From Dyella sp. (GTDB lineage: Bacteria; Pseudomonadota; Gammaproteobacteria; Xanthomonadales; Rhodanobacteraceae), in the NCBI RefSeq assembly GCF_051954575.1, contig NZ_JBQCHP010000065.1, positions 16,952-80,951 of the forward strand: a DNA stretch of 64,000 nt, read 5' to 3'. The notes under the pieces are model-generated. The model worked only from the letters and a program-made list of their open reading frames with translations. It did not search any database and was not told the DNA's origin. The position numbers were made by a program, and so were the translations under genes. This document shows positions 37,542-48,261 of the stretch, piece by piece (position 1 is the stretch's first letter; each line of letters opens with the position of its first letter).

Positions 37542-39059
37542 TTATTCCGTCCCGATCGACAACGTCAAACCCAATTCCGCCATCGGCGTGATTTCCTGCT
37601 CCAGGTCCGCCTGGGTCAGCGGATGCTGTTCCACCCACGCTGCGGGCAGACGCAAGCCGAGGCGTTGCGCGCTGGCGGCCAGGCGCATGGGCGGTAGCGA
37701 TTCGGGACGGCGCGCGCGGCGGAACAGCACGGCCAGGCGCAGCAGGGCGGTGATGTATTTGGCGAGTTGGCGGTAGCGCTGCGGCAACGAGGAGAACGCG
37801 GCCTTGTCCGGCTTGCGCCGATGCGCCTGCACCACCGCGGCGAGCAGGTGCTGCTCCTGCTTGGAGAAGCCGGCGAGGTCCGCATTGCGCAGGATGTACG
37901 CGCCATGCTGGTGATGTTGGCTGTGCGCGATGGCCAGCCCGATCTCGTGCACTCGCGCGGACCATGACAGCCATTCGCGCGCCTCGGCATCCAGTTTCCA
38001 GGCTGGCGCCACCTGGTCGAACAGCATCAGCGCGGTGGATTCCACGCGGCGCGCCTGCGCGCGATCCACGCCGTAGCGGTTGGCCAGGGCGTCGATGCTG
38101 GCGGTGCGCGGATCGGTGCCGCCGGCGCGGCCGATCAGGTCCCACAGCAAGCCTTCGCGCATCGAGCTTTCGCACACTTGCAGGCGCTCGATGCCGAGCG
38201 CGGCGAAGGCCGCTTCGAAGATCACCACCGCGCCGGCGAACACCGGCGCGCGTTCTTCGCCCAGGCCGGGCAGCTTCAGCGCACCGATCTGGCCCTGGTC
38301 GAGCACGGTATCGCGTAGCGTGGCCAGCGAGGCGGGCGTCACGCCGTGATCGGACAGCTTCATGGCCTGCACCACCGCACCGATCGCCTTGGCGCTGCCG
38401 GAGGAGCCGAAGGCTTCGGTCCAGCCGGCTTCGAGGTATTCCTCGGAGAACTGCTGCAGCAGCACGCCGATTTCGCCGCGCGCCCGCTGCCAGCGCTTGC
38501 GCGTGAGCTTGCCGGCGGGAAAGAAGCGCTGCGTGGTGGCGATGCAGCCGACTTGCACGCTTTCGGTATGCAGCGGCGCCAGCCCGCGACCGATGATGAA
38601 TTCGGTGCTGCCGCCGCCGATGTCGATCACCAGCCGCGGCTCGCGCGACGTCGGCAGATCATGTGAGACACCAAGGAAGATCAGGCGACCTTCCTCGCGG
38701 CCGGACACCACTTCCACAGGATTGCCGAGTGCCGCTTCCGCCGCAGTGAGGAATGCCTGCGGCGAAGCAAGGCGGCGCACGGTATTGGTAGCCACGGCGC
38801 GCACGCGGGCGGAGGGAATGCCGGCGATGCGCTGGCCGAAGCGGGCCAGGCAATTCAGCGCACGCGCGCGATGCTCGGCATCCAGCGTACCGTCGGCACG
38901 GAGGCCGGCCGCCATGCGCACGGTTTCGCGCAGGCGATCGATCACGCGCGGCTCGCCATGCTCCATGCGTGCGACGACCATGTGAAAACTGTTTGAGCCA
39001 ATGTCGACGGCGGCCATCAGCTCGCCGTCCTTGATCTGCATCTGGTCACCGAGGCTCAC
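37542..39059 (-). CDS. ppx: exopolyphosphatase Ppx/GppA
   Basis: AAVDIGSNSFHM, AVAT...R, SG.EE.RLI, DIGGGSTE, LREG-like MREG, HEIG. Confidence 0.95.
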   Translation of the reverse strand: MSLGDQMQIKDGELMAAVDIGSNSFHMVVARMEHGEPRVIDRLRETVRMAAGLRADGTLDAEHRARALNCLARFGQRIAGIPSARVRAVATNTVRRLASPQAFLTAAEAALGNPVEVVSGREEGRLIFLGVSHDLPTSREPRLVIDIGGGSTEFIIGRGLAPLHTESVQVGCIATTQRFFPAGKLTRKRWQRARGEIGVLLQQFSEEYLEAGWTEAFGSSGSAKAIGAVVQAMKLSDHGVTPASLATLRDTVLDQGQIGALKLPGLGEERAPVFAGAVVIFEAAFAALGIERLQVCESSMREGLLWDLIGRAGGTDPRTASIDALANRYGVDRAQARRVESTALMLFDQVAPAWKLDAEAREWLSWSARVHEIGLAIAHSQHHQHGAYILRNADLAGFSKQEQHLLAAVVQAHRRKPDKAAFSSLPQRYRQLAKYITALLRLAVLFRRARRPESLPPMRLAASAQRLGLRLPAAWVEQHPLTQADLEQEITPMAELGLTLSIGTE

Positions 39060-39118
39060 GCGGGACTCCTGGTTCGTATCGCGGCCAATTCTCGCATGTT
39101 CGAATCATGCGAAACACC

Positions 39119-39232
39119 GTGGGTTGGGCCGAGGCGCAGCCGAAACCCAACATCGTCATGCCACATCTGGATGTTGGGGTTTGCACCCCAACCTACGATC
39201 TGCGCGTCGTAGGCTGGGGTGCGAACCCCAGC
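39119..39232. repeat. cluster of three GTAG-class REP units with different loops
   Basis: 39119-39151, 39173-39196 and 39209-39232. Confidence 0.85.
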
Positions 39233-39247
39233 GTCGCATTGCCAAAT

Positions 39248-41419
39248 CTACCCTTCTTCGCGCAGCTTGGTGGGCAGCGGCGAACGCGCCGATGCCGTCA
39301 CCGCCGCATTGCACAGCTTCGCCAGCAGCGTGTCCTGCGCCGAATGCGGCGGGTCCTCGCCGGGCGTGGCGCGAGTGTAATGACCGTCGCTTTCCAGCAG
39401 CCAGGCCTGGGTGTTGTCGGCAAGATAATTGGCCAGTGTTTCCTCGTACACGCGTGCGGCCAGTTGCGGGTCGAGAATGGGAAAGGCCACCTCGATGCGG
39501 CGCATCAGGTTGCGCTCCATCCAGTCCGCGCTGGCGCAGTAGATTTCCGGCGTGCCGTCGTTGGCGAACCAGTACACGCGGCTGTGTTCGAGAAAGCGCC
39601 CTACGATCGAGCGCACGCGGATGCGTTCGGAAACGCCTGGCAATCCCGGCCGCAAGGTGCAGGCGCCGCGCACGATCAGGTCGATTTCAACGCCCGCCTG
39701 CGCCGCGGCGTACAGCGCTTCGATCACGTGCGATTCGTTCATCGCGTTGAGCTTGGCGACGATGCGCGCCGGCTTGCCGTCGCGGGCGTGCGCGGTTTCG
39801 CGCTCGATCTTTTCCACCACGCTCTTGTACAGCGTGAAGGGCGAGTGCAGCAGGCGCTTCAAGTTGATTACCGGCCCCAATCCGGAGAGCTGCTGGAAGA
39901 TCTTGTGCAGGTCTTCGCCGATTTCCGGGTTGGCCGTCATCAGGCCGATGTCGGTATAGAGGCGGCTGTTGGTCTGGTGGTAATTGCCGGTGGACAGGTG
40001 CACGTAGCGTCGCAGATGACCGTCCTCGCGCCGCACGATCAGCATCATCTTGGCGTGCGTCTTGAAGCCCACCACGCCGTACACCACCTGCACGCCGGCT
40101 TCCTGCAGGCGCGTGGCGAAGCGGATGTTGGCCTCCTCGTCGAAGCGCGCGCGCAGCTCGATCACCACGGTGACGTCCTTGCCGGTGCGCGCCGCCTCCA
40201 CCAAGAGATCCACCAGTGGCGTGTCCTTGCCGGCACGGTACAGGGTCTGCTTGATCGCCAGCACGTCCGGATCCTGCACCGCTTCGCGCAGCAGGTCGAC
40301 CACGGCGTTGAACGATTCGTAAGGGTGATGCAGCAGGATGTCGCGCTGGCCGAGCACGTCGAAAATCTTGCGCCCGGTGCTGAGCGCCGCCGGCAGGGCG
40401 GAGGTGAAGCGCGGAAATTTCAGCGCGGGGCGATCGAGATCGTCATAGACCAGGCCGGCGCGGATGATGTTGACCGGGCCGTGGCAGCGGTAGACGTCGG
40501 TTTCTTCCAGTTCGAAATTGCTGATCAGCATCGACACGATCGACTGCGGACAGTCGGCGCCGATCTCCAGGCGCACCGGACGCGCATAGCCGCGGCCATG
40601 CAGTTCTTCCGCCAGCGCGCGGGCAAGATTTTCGACTTCTTCTTCCTCGACGATCAGCTCGCTATTGCGCGTGACGCGGAACTGGTACGAGCCGGCCACT
40701 TTGAAGCCGGGGAACATCATATCGACGAAGGCCTGCAGCAGCTCGGCCAGGAACACGTAGTGATCGCCTGACCCGCTCACCTCGTTGGGAACGCGGATGA
40801 TGCGAGGCAGCGAGCGCGGTGCGCGCACCAGCGCCATATGGCCTTCGTGGCCGAACGCGTCGCGGCCTTGCAGCACCACCGCGATGTTCAAGGTCTTGTT
40901 GAGGATGCGCGGGAACGGATGGGCGGGGTCCAGCCCCAGTGGCGAGAGCACCGGCAGCACTTCGTTCTCGAAGTAGCCGTGCAGCCAGCGGCGCTGGCGC
41001 GGCGTCCACTGCTTGCGGGTAAGGAAGTGGATGTCCTCGGCGGCGAGCGCAGGCCCGAGTTCCTCCTGCCAGGTGGTGTACTGCGCGCTGACCAGGTCCA
41101 GCACGCGTTCGCGGATGCGCGCCAGCAACTCGCCCGACAGCATTCCGTCGGGGCCGGGCGCGGCGGAGCCGAACTGGTGGTGATGCTTGAGCATGGCCAC
41201 GCGCACCTCGAAGAATTCGTCGAGGTTGTTCGCCACGATGCTCAAGTAACGCAGGCGTTCCAGCAACGGCATGCTGGTGTCACGCGCTTGCGCCAGCACC
41301 CGGAAGTTGAATTCAAGCGTGGCCAGCTCGCGGCTCAGGAACAGCTCGGGCTGGGAGGTTTCGCTCTGGACGGCAGGTTGGGTGGCTTGGCGGCGTGGCA
41401 TTCGCACATTCTTACTCAT
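39248..41419 (-). CDS. ppk1: polyphosphate kinase 1
   Basis: RELATLEFN-RVL, NLDEFFEVRVA, LLHHPYESF, KQTLYR, KTHAK, HLSTGNY, RFLEHSR. Confidence 0.97.
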   Translation of the reverse strand: MSKNVRMPRRQATQPAVQSETSQPELFLSRELATLEFNFRVLAQARDTSMPLLERLRYLSIVANNLDEFFEVRVAMLKHHHQFGSAAPGPDGMLSGELLARIRERVLDLVSAQYTTWQEELGPALAAEDIHFLTRKQWTPRQRRWLHGYFENEVLPVLSPLGLDPAHPFPRILNKTLNIAVVLQGRDAFGHEGHMALVRAPRSLPRIIRVPNEVSGSGDHYVFLAELLQAFVDMMFPGFKVAGSYQFRVTRNSELIVEEEEVENLARALAEELHGRGYARPVRLEIGADCPQSIVSMLISNFELEETDVYRCHGPVNIIRAGLVYDDLDRPALKFPRFTSALPAALSTGRKIFDVLGQRDILLHHPYESFNAVVDLLREAVQDPDVLAIKQTLYRAGKDTPLVDLLVEAARTGKDVTVVIELRARFDEEANIRFATRLQEAGVQVVYGVVGFKTHAKMMLIVRREDGHLRRYVHLSTGNYHQTNSRLYTDIGLMTANPEIGEDLHKIFQQLSGLGPVINLKRLLHSPFTLYKSVVEKIERETAHARDGKPARIVAKLNAMNESHVIEALYAAAQAGVEIDLIVRGACTLRPGLPGVSERIRVRSIVGRFLEHSRVYWFANDGTPEIYCASADWMERNLMRRIEVAFPILDPQLAARVYEETLANYLADNTQAWLLESDGHYTRATPGEDPPHSAQDTLLAKLCNAAVTASARSPLPTKLREEG

Positions 41420-41497
41420 GCGCGGGGGCAGCGCCTATGCGTGTGTCACGCGGCGTTCAATGTTTTGTAATGCGACGCACGGCGAGGCGACAAGCAC

Positions 41498-41566
41498 GTA
41501 GGTTGGGGTGCAAACCCCAACCGGCATGCTAAGCATCCCAATATTGGGGTTTGCACCCCAACCTAC
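41498..41566. repeat. GTAG REP doublet, family B
   Basis: GTAGGTTGGGGTGCAAACCCCAAC and inverted partner. Confidence 0.9.
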
Positions 41567-41567
41567 G

Positions 41568-42854
41568 TCATTCTGGTTTGGAATCGTGCACTTCCGGCGC
41601 CATCAGCCGCTCGCGGCCGAAGCAGCAGGTGAAGGTGGAGCCCTGGCCGGGCGTGCTGCGGATATCCAGGCGCGCCTGATGCAGGCCCAGCACGTGCTTG
41701 ACGATCGACAACCCCAGGCCGGTGCCGCCGCTGTCACGCGAGCGGCTGGACGATACGCGGTAGAAGCGTTCGGTCAGGCGCGACAGGTGATCGGCCGGAA
41801 TGCCGTAGCCGGTGTCGGTCACCGAATAATTGGCGCCGTCGGCGGTGCGTTCCCAGCGGATGGTGATGCGCCCGCCGGTGGGCGTGTAGCGCACCGCGTT
41901 GCTGACCAGGTTGGACAGCGCGCTGTGCAGATCCTTGGGCGAGCCGAGCAGGTCGATGTTGGCGACGTTTTCCACCGTGACGGTATGGCGGCCCTGGCTC
42001 AGCGCTTCGGCTTCCTTGCGCAAGGTGGCCAAGAGCGGCGCCATCTGCACGCGCTCTTCGCTGACGTGGTCCTGCGTTTCCAGGCGCGACAGCGTGAGCA
42101 GGTCTTCCACGATCTGGCCCATGCGCTTGGATTGCGCGCGCATTTCGCTCAGCACCGGCGCCAGATGCGGCACGTCTTCCGGATCGAGCAGTTCGAGATA
42201 ACCGTGGATCACGGTGAGCGGCGTGCGCAGCTCATGCGAGACGTTGGCGACGAAGTCGCGGCGAATCTGCTCCAGCCGCGACATGTGGCTGATGTCGCGC
42301 GCCAGCAGCAGGCGCTGGCGCTGGCCGAACGGCAGCAAAGTGACGTTGATGTGGCGGCTGGGCGCGCCAGGTGCGCTCACATCGTTCAGCGGCTCGGGTG
42401 AGGGTTCTTCCAGCCAGCCGGCCAATTCGGAGTTGTGCAGTTTTTCCTTCAGCACCACGCCGCGGTCCTGTGGGCGGCGCAGGCCGAGCAGGCTTTCGGC
42501 GGCGTGGTTGAACCAGCGCACGTGCTGGTCCTGGTCGAGCAGCACGATCGCGTCCGGCAGGCTGCCCGCGGCACGGCGTAGATCATGCAGGTTGGCGGCT
42601 AGGCGTCGGGAGCGCATCATGAATCGGTCGTGCCGGGGGTCGGAGGAAATCTCGCCCGGCGTTGTGGTCGGTAAGCTCATGATGGGCTTAGCAATGTGAC
42701 GCAAATGCGTCAGCAGCAAGACAATCTCCGCTATCGCGACGAGCGCCACGCCAGTCGCCACGTGGCCATGCGCCAACCAGCCGCCGACGCCGCCCGCGAG
42801 CAGCCCTGCCGCGAGGGCAAGAGGGAGTTTCCAGGCGCTTTGCGCTGCTGGCAT
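41568..42854 (-). CDS. phoR: phosphate regulon sensor kinase
   Basis: RRDFVANVSHELRTPLTVI-GY, NL.SNA.RY, D.G.GI, GGTGLGLSIVKH; downstream of phoB. Confidence 0.95.
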   Translation of the reverse strand: MPAAQSAWKLPLALAAGLLAGGVGGWLAHGHVATGVALVAIAEIVLLLTHLRHIAKPIMSLPTTTPGEISSDPRHDRFMMRSRRLAANLHDLRRAAGSLPDAIVLLDQDQHVRWFNHAAESLLGLRRPQDRGVVLKEKLHNSELAGWLEEPSPEPLNDVSAPGAPSRHINVTLLPFGQRQRLLLARDISHMSRLEQIRRDFVANVSHELRTPLTVIHGYLELLDPEDVPHLAPVLSEMRAQSKRMGQIVEDLLTLSRLETQDHVSEERVQMAPLLATLRKEAEALSQGRHTVTVENVANIDLLGSPKDLHSALSNLVSNAVRYTPTGGRITIRWERTADGANYSVTDTGYGIPADHLSRLTERFYRVSSSRSRDSGGTGLGLSIVKHVLGLHQARLDIRSTPGQGSTFTCCFGRERLMAPEVHDSKPE

Positions 42855-42953
42855 GAGGCTCACCGGCAATCGAGGAGCGCGAATCGTAACCGGTGAAGCG
42901 GGGGAAGCCGCGGTGTTTTTGCGATTCCCGACTCCCGATTCACGATTGACGCC

Positions 42954-43643
42954 TCAAGTGCTGGCCGAGAACCGATAACCCGCGCCGCGCACCGTCTGCA
43001 CCATGTCCTCGAGCTTCCATGGCTCGAGCGTCTTGCGCAGGCGGCGGATGTGCACGTCCACGGTGCGCTCTTCCACATACACGCTGCCGCCCCACACGTG
43101 ATCGAGCAGTTGCGCGCGCGAGTAGACGCGTTCCGGATGGGTCATGAAGAAGTACAGCAGGCGGTATTCGGTGGGGCCGATCGGCACCGGTTCGTCGCCG
43201 GCGAATACGCGATGCGCGGGACCGTCGATGCGCAGCCGGCCCAGTTCCACCATGCCGGAACCATCGTCGCCCTGGCTGCGGCGCAGCACCGCCTTGATGC
43301 GAGCGATCAGCTCGCGGGTGGAGAAGGGCTTGACCACGTAGTCGTCCACGCCGGCTTCCAGGCCGTTGACGCGATCCATTTCCTCGCCGCGAGCGGTGAG
43401 CATGATGATCGGTATCTCGCGGCTGAGCTCTTCCTTGCGCAGGCGGCGGGCCAGGTCCAGGCCGCTGGTGCCGGGCAGCATCCAGTCGAGCAGGATCAGG
43501 TCGGGCACCTGTTCGGCGATCGACATCTGCGCCGTGCGCGCATCGGCGGCTTGTGAGGTGTCCATTCCGGCCTTGCGCAGGGCGAAAGCGACCATGTCGC
43601 GGATGGAAGCTTCGTCTTCAACAATCAGGATGCGTTTGTGCAC
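42954..43643 (-). CDS. phoB: phosphate regulon response regulator
   Basis: [58 protein letters not shown]. Confidence 0.97.
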   Translation of the reverse strand: MHKRILIVEDEASIRDMVAFALRKAGMDTSQAADARTAQMSIAEQVPDLILLDWMLPGTSGLDLARRLRKEELSREIPIIMLTARGEEMDRVNGLEAGVDDYVVKPFSTRELIARIKAVLRRSQGDDGSGMVELGRLRIDGPAHRVFAGDEPVPIGPTEYRLLYFFMTHPERVYSRAQLLDHVWGGSVYVEERTVDVHIRRLRKTLEPWKLEDMVQTVRGAGYRFSAST

Positions 43644-43693
43644 GCGAAGGTCCGGTTGGGTGGCCTATGACGCAAATATTGCAGCGGTCAAAT

Positions 43694-43711
43694 GTTACGC
43701 GGCAATGACAG
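43694..43711 (-). promoter_or_regulatory. candidate PHO box upstream of phoB
   Basis: Minus strand CTGTCAT-TGCC-GCGTAAC (11 bp periodic repeat), followed about 10 nt later by TGCAATAT. Confidence 0.55.
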
Positions 43712-43773
43712 TGCGCGAAAAAGCTACGCAGGGAAGGAATGCAGGATGACCGGAATCCCGCAGAAGGCGAACC

Positions 43774-43832
43774 GTAGGCTGGGATGAAATCCCAGCACGA
43801 TCATACATATAAGCCGGGATTTCATCCCAGGC
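43774..43832. repeat. GTAG REP doublet, family D
   Basis: GTAGGCTGGGATGAAATCCCAGC plus degenerate inverted partner. Confidence 0.75.
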
Positions 43833-43836
43833 TGGG

Positions 43837-45519
43837 TTATTTCTCGGCGCTGAAACAAAGCCGTCCGCTGCAGCCAGGCCCGAACTGCTGCTGCGTCTGG
43901 CTGGTGCCATCCGGGTTGTCATCGGTGGCCACGCGGCGCTTGCGCAGTTCCAGCACCAACGGGGTGAGGTCGGCGATGTGGGCCTGGATGCGGGCGCGGG
44001 CGTAGTAGTCCAGATCGTTGCGCTTGAGCAGGGTTTTCAATTGCTCCATCGCATCGAACGGTCGACCCGAGAGAAAACTGGCCTGGGCGTAAGCCTCGCC
44101 GGCGCGGACCGCCTCGCCGGCCCGTTCGCTGGCGCGGGCATAAGCGGTGAACAGGCCCGGTTCGTCGGTGTCTTCCAGCATCGGCCGCAGCATGCTGGCG
44201 GCCTGCTCGGCCTGCGCCTTGCTGCCGCCCTGGATCAGCGCGTTGGCGTAGGCCAGGCCGATGGCCTTGTTGCGCGGAGATTCGGTGTTGAGCGCGGCGT
44301 AGAGTTCCAGTGCCGCGGCGCGCTGGCCGTCCTGCAGGTGCGCATCGGCCATGGCCAGGCGCAGCACCAGGCTGTCCGGGTGCTTGGCCAGCAGCGGCTG
44401 CAACTGAGCGATGGCCTTGCCGCCCTGGCCGCTGCGGGTCAGGGCGAGTGCGTAGCCGTAGCGGTTTTCCGGCGTGTCGTAGCGGCCGTCCTGGCGGCCA
44501 AGCAAGCCGGCGTAATAGTTGCTCATGCGGTACGCATCGTCGGACAGCACGCGCACACGCTCGCGCATCAGCAGATAGATGCTGAGATCCTTGCCGGCGC
44601 TGCCCGAGGCGAGCAGCGAGGTCGGGTCTTTCACGTAGGCGATCGGCGCCGTCTGCTGCGCCCAGCGCTCCTTGTCCAGCAGGTTGCCCTTCGGTTGCAG
44701 TTTCTGCGCAGCGATCAATGAGCCGGCGCGCGCTTTCGCATCGCTGATGCGCTGGGAGGTAACCGGGTGATCCAGCAGCAGGGAAGGCACGTCGATGCCG
44801 CCGGCGTCGGCGCTCATTTCGTCTTCCATGCGCTGGAAAAAGCCGGCCATGGCGTTGGGGTCGTAGCCGGACTTGGCGAGTGTCTCGATGCCGGTGCGGT
44901 CGGCTTCGGCTTCGTCCTTGCGGGTGAAGTTGATCTGCTTCTGCATCAGCACGCCCTGGCCGCCCAAGAGGGTGGCCGCGGCGGCCTGGCCACCGGCGGC
45001 GCCGCCCGCGGCGATGGCGCCGAGCGCGACCAATGCCAGCAGCGGCGTGTCCTTCTTCGCCGCTTCGTAGGCGCGCTGCAGGTGGTTCTGGGTGATATGG
45101 CCGATTTCGTGCGCCATCACCGCGGCCAGTTCGTCCTCGCTGCGCGTGATGACGATCAGGCCGGAATTCATGCCGATATAGCCGCCGGGCGCGGAGAAAG
45201 CGTTGATCACCGGATCCTTGGCGATGAAGAACGCGAAGTGGTCCTTCGGCCGGGCCGAGTTGGCGACCAGGCGGAAGCCCAGATTGTTGATGTAGTCGTC
45301 CAGCAATGGGTCGTCCACCACCATGTCCAGCGCGCGCATCTGCTGCAGCATCATGGCGCCGTAATCCTGCGCTTCCTGCGGGGAAATCAGCGCGTTGGCC
45401 GAGCTGCCCAGGTCAGGCAGGCGGATGTCGTCGGTGCGATCCTGGGCGCCGGCGGCAAAGGCCACGGCGGCCGAGGCCAGCGCGGTGAGCAGGCGGTGAC
45501 GGAGATGTCGATGCGGCAT
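43837..45519 (-). CDS. bepA: M48 metalloprotease with TPR-like C-terminus (BepA/YfgC)
   Basis: LPDLG, INAF..PGG.I..N.GL, HEIGH, E.EADR.G, HP....RI. Confidence 0.9.
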   Translation of the reverse strand: MPHRHLRHRLLTALASAAVAFAAGAQDRTDDIRLPDLGSSANALISPQEAQDYGAMMLQQMRALDMVVDDPLLDDYINNLGFRLVANSARPKDHFAFFIAKDPVINAFSAPGGYIGMNSGLIVITRSEDELAAVMAHEIGHITQNHLQRAYEAAKKDTPLLALVALGAIAAGGAAGGQAAAATLLGGQGVLMQKQINFTRKDEAEADRTGIETLAKSGYDPNAMAGFFQRMEDEMSADAGGIDVPSLLLDHPVTSQRISDAKARAGSLIAAQKLQPKGNLLDKERWAQQTAPIAYVKDPTSLLASGSAGKDLSIYLLMRERVRVLSDDAYRMSNYYAGLLGRQDGRYDTPENRYGYALALTRSGQGGKAIAQLQPLLAKHPDSLVLRLAMADAHLQDGQRAAALELYAALNTESPRNKAIGLAYANALIQGGSKAQAEQAASMLRPMLEDTDEPGLFTAYARASERAGEAVRAGEAYAQASFLSGRPFDAMEQLKTLLKRNDLDYYARARIQAHIADLTPLVLELRKRRVATDDNPDGTSQTQQQFGPGCSGRLCFSAEK

Positions 45520-45641
45520 GGTCATAGATGAACGACAATAGCACTCAGACCGTTCGCTGATGCGGCAGTTCAGCGTCCGGTGCTTGGTTTCGAACACCGC
45601 CACCGCCATTTACGGCGCAAGTCAGTCCGGGAGTTTCTGCG

Positions 45642-45905
45642 ATGCCCAAGATCGAAGTCTATTCCACCGCGGTATGTCCGTACTGCGTGGCCGCGAAGAA
45701 CCTGTTGAAGGCGAAGGGCCTGACTTGGCAGGAAGTGCGGGTGGACACCGATCCGGCCCAGCGAGACACCATGCTTCAGCGCAGCGGCGGCCGCCGCACC
45801 GTGCCGCAGATTTTCATCAACGATCACCACGTGGGCGGCTACGACGACCTGGTCGCCGCTGATCGCAGCGGCAAGCTGGCGCAACTGCTGGAAGCGGCCG
45901 CATGA
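45642..45905 (+). CDS. grxC: glutaredoxin 3
   Basis: CPYC, RTVPQIFI, GGYDDL. Confidence 0.95.
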   Translation: MPKIEVYSTAVCPYCVAAKNLLKAKGLTWQEVRVDTDPAQRDTMLQRSGGRRTVPQIFINDHHVGGYDDLVAADRSGKLAQLLEAAA

Positions 45906-46294
45906 GCGCCGAGAAGGATCGCGTCGCCGAATTCAGCGCATTCCGTCAACGCATGAACGAACGCATCCTGGCCGAAGACAACCAGGTCGTGCGTCGCTTT
46001 TTCGCCCTGGACACGCAGACCTACAAAGCCGGCGCGCTGGAGGTGAAAACCAAGGAGATGCTCGGCCTGGTTGCCTCGATGGTGCTGCGTTGCGATGACT
46101 GCATCAGCTACCACATCGCGCAGTGCAAGGAAGTGGGCGTGACACGTGACGAGTTCTTCGAAGTGTTCAGTGTGGGACTGGTGGTAGGCGGGTCGATCGT
46201 GATTCCGCATTTGCGAAGGGCGGTGGATTTTCTTGATCGGTTGGAAGGCGGCGCAGCAAGCGAGCAGGCGGAAGGCTGCGGCAAGCACGCGTAG
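45902..46294 (+). CDS. carboxymuconolactone decarboxylase (AhpD-like) family protein
   Basis: KTKEMLGLVAS.VLRCDDCI.YH; overlaps the grxC stop. Confidence 0.9.
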   Translation: MSAEKDRVAEFSAFRQRMNERILAEDNQVVRRFFALDTQTYKAGALEVKTKEMLGLVASMVLRCDDCISYHIAQCKEVGVTRDEFFEVFSVGLVVGGSIVIPHLRRAVDFLDRLEGGAASEQAEGCGKHA

Positions 46295-46315
46295 TTTGTT
46301 CTCACCTCAGACAGT

Positions 46316-46436
46316 CCCCTCCCCTACGTGTAGTAGGGGAGGGTTAGGGTGGGGTGAAGCAACCTCGCGGTGAGCTTCAGCACACGGCAAGCTCGAGCAA
46401 CCCCACCCGACCCTCCCCTGCAAGCGGGGGAGGGAG
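46316..46436. repeat. CCCTCCCC-type ~120 bp element, copy 3
   Basis: Arms plus spacer AAGCAACCTCGCG...GCAAGC shared with copies 1 and 2. Confidence 0.85.
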
Positions 46437-46613
46437 TTTATTTGCACATATCCATTCGAATTGAAGCGATGCTCCATACGAGCATTTGCAACGCCTGCCA
46501 CTCGTTCCAGGCTATTCGCCGACAAGCCCATCAGGGATAATTGCGCAGTTTTCAGCCAGGCGCCTCCCCCATGCGCGCCGGCCTCCCTGCTTCATTCCCA
46601 AGGAGTTTTCCCC

Positions 46614-47627
46614 ATGAGCAAGACCATTGCGGTGATCCCGGGCGATGGCATCGGCCCGGAGATCATGGCCGCCACGCTGCACGTGCTCGACGCGCTCGAT
46701 TGCGGTCTCACCTACGACACGGTCGAAGCCGGCATGATTGCGCTCGAAAAGCACGGCGACCTGCTGCCCAAGCCCACGCTGGATGCGATCGCCAAGCACA
46801 AGGTGGCGCTGAAGGGGCCGCTGACCACGCCGGTGGGCGGTGGCTTCACCTCGATCAACGTCACGCTGCGCCGTCACTTCGATCTCTACGCCAACGTGCG
46901 TCCGGCGATCAGCTTTCCCGGCACCAAGGCGCGCTACGACAACATCGACATCATCACGGTGCGCGAGAACACCGAGGGCGCATATCTCTCCGAAGGACAG
47001 ACGCTGTCCGAAGACGGCGAACTGGCCACCTCGATGATCCGCGTCACACGCAAAGGCTGCGCGCGCATCGTGCGCTACGCGTTCGAGATGGCGGTGAAGA
47101 AAGGCCGCAAGAAAGTCACGGCCGTGCACAAGGCCAACATCATCAAGACCGCCTCGGGCCTGTTCCTCAACGTGGCGCGCGAAATCGCCAAGGATTACCC
47201 GCAGATCGAGTTCAACGAGATGATCGTGGACAACGCCTGCATGCAACTGGTGATGCGTCCGGAACAGTTCGACGTGATCGTCACCACCAACCTGTTCGGC
47301 GACATTCTTTCCGATCTGTGCGCCGGCCTCGTCGGCGGCCTCGGCCTGGCGCCGGGCGACAACATCGGCGAGCACGCGGCGATCTTCGAGGCGGTGCACG
47401 GCTCGGCGCCGGACATTGCCGGCAAGGGCGTCGCCAATCCATGCGCGCTGCTGCTGGCCGCGGCCGACATGCTCGATCACCTGGGCCTGGTGGAGAAGGG
47501 CACCAAGCTGCGCGAGGCGATTCGCGACACCATGGCGAACGATCGTGACAGCGTCACGCCGGATATCGGCGGCAAGGGCTCGACGCAGAGCTTTGGCGAG
47601 GCGATCGCCAAGCGCGTGAAGGCTTGA
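46614..47627 (+). CDS. icd: NAD-dependent isocitrate dehydrogenase (isocitrate/isopropylmalate family)
   Basis: [57 protein letters not shown]. Confidence 0.85.
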   Translation: MSKTIAVIPGDGIGPEIMAATLHVLDALDCGLTYDTVEAGMIALEKHGDLLPKPTLDAIAKHKVALKGPLTTPVGGGFTSINVTLRRHFDLYANVRPAISFPGTKARYDNIDIITVRENTEGAYLSEGQTLSEDGELATSMIRVTRKGCARIVRYAFEMAVKKGRKKVTAVHKANIIKTASGLFLNVAREIAKDYPQIEFNEMIVDNACMQLVMRPEQFDVIVTTNLFGDILSDLCAGLVGGLGLAPGDNIGEHAAIFEAVHGSAPDIAGKGVANPCALLLAAADMLDHLGLVEKGTKLREAIRDTMANDRDSVTPDIGGKGSTQSFGEAIAKRVKA

Positions 47628-47682
47628 TCCCCTCTGCATCCCCTCTCCTCTTCGGGAGAGGGGAATCTCGCCCAGAACACCC

Positions 47683-47755
47683 GTAGGTTGGGGTGCCAAC
47701 CCCAACATCGTCATGCATAGGCATCTCGAGCGTTGGGGTTGGCGCGCCAACCTAC
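47683..47755. repeat. GTAG REP doublet, family B (degenerate); CCCTCTCC half element at 47640-47663
   Basis: GTAGGTTGGGGTGCCAACCCCAAC ... GTTGGGGTTGGCGCGCCAACCTAC. Confidence 0.85.
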
Positions 47756-47765
47756 ATGCGCGTGT

Positions 47766-48224
47766 TCAACCAAACATGCCGGGCTTGTAATCACCCGCCA
47801 CGGTATGCGCCGCCAGGTTGATACGATTCCACGCGTTGATGTTGGTCACCAGCAAGGTAAGGTCGACCAGTTCCTTTTCGTTGAACTGGTGGCTGACTTC
47901 CTCATACAGCGCATCGGGTACCGAATCCCCCGGCACCAGGCGCGTGAGCGCTTCGGCCCAGGCGAAGGCGGCGCGTTCGCGCTCGCTGTAGAACGGCGCC
48001 TCGCGCCAGCCGGCCAGTACGTACAGGCGTTGCTCGGTTTCGCCGGCGGCGCGTGCGTCCTTGCTGTGCATATCCAGGCAGTAGGCGCAGCCGTTGATCT
48101 GCGAGACGCGCATCAGCACCAGCTCGATCAATGCCGGCTCCAACGTGCCGGATTTGATGTTTTTGCTCAGCGCCAGCAGCGGTTGCACGGCCTGGAAATG
48201 TTTACGCATATCGAAACGGGACAT
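47766..48224 (-). CDS. carboxymuconolactone decarboxylase/AhpD family protein
   Basis: ELV..RVSQINGCAYCLDMH, WREAPFYSERERAA, INAWNR. Confidence 0.93.
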   Translation of the reverse strand: MSRFDMRKHFQAVQPLLALSKNIKSGTLEPALIELVLMRVSQINGCAYCLDMHSKDARAAGETEQRLYVLAGWREAPFYSERERAAFAWAEALTRLVPGDSVPDALYEEVSHQFNEKELVDLTLLVTNINAWNRINLAAHTVAGDYKPGMFG

Positions 48225-48261
48225 GACGGACTCCTTGGGATGTGCGGCCGGTATTGGCCGT

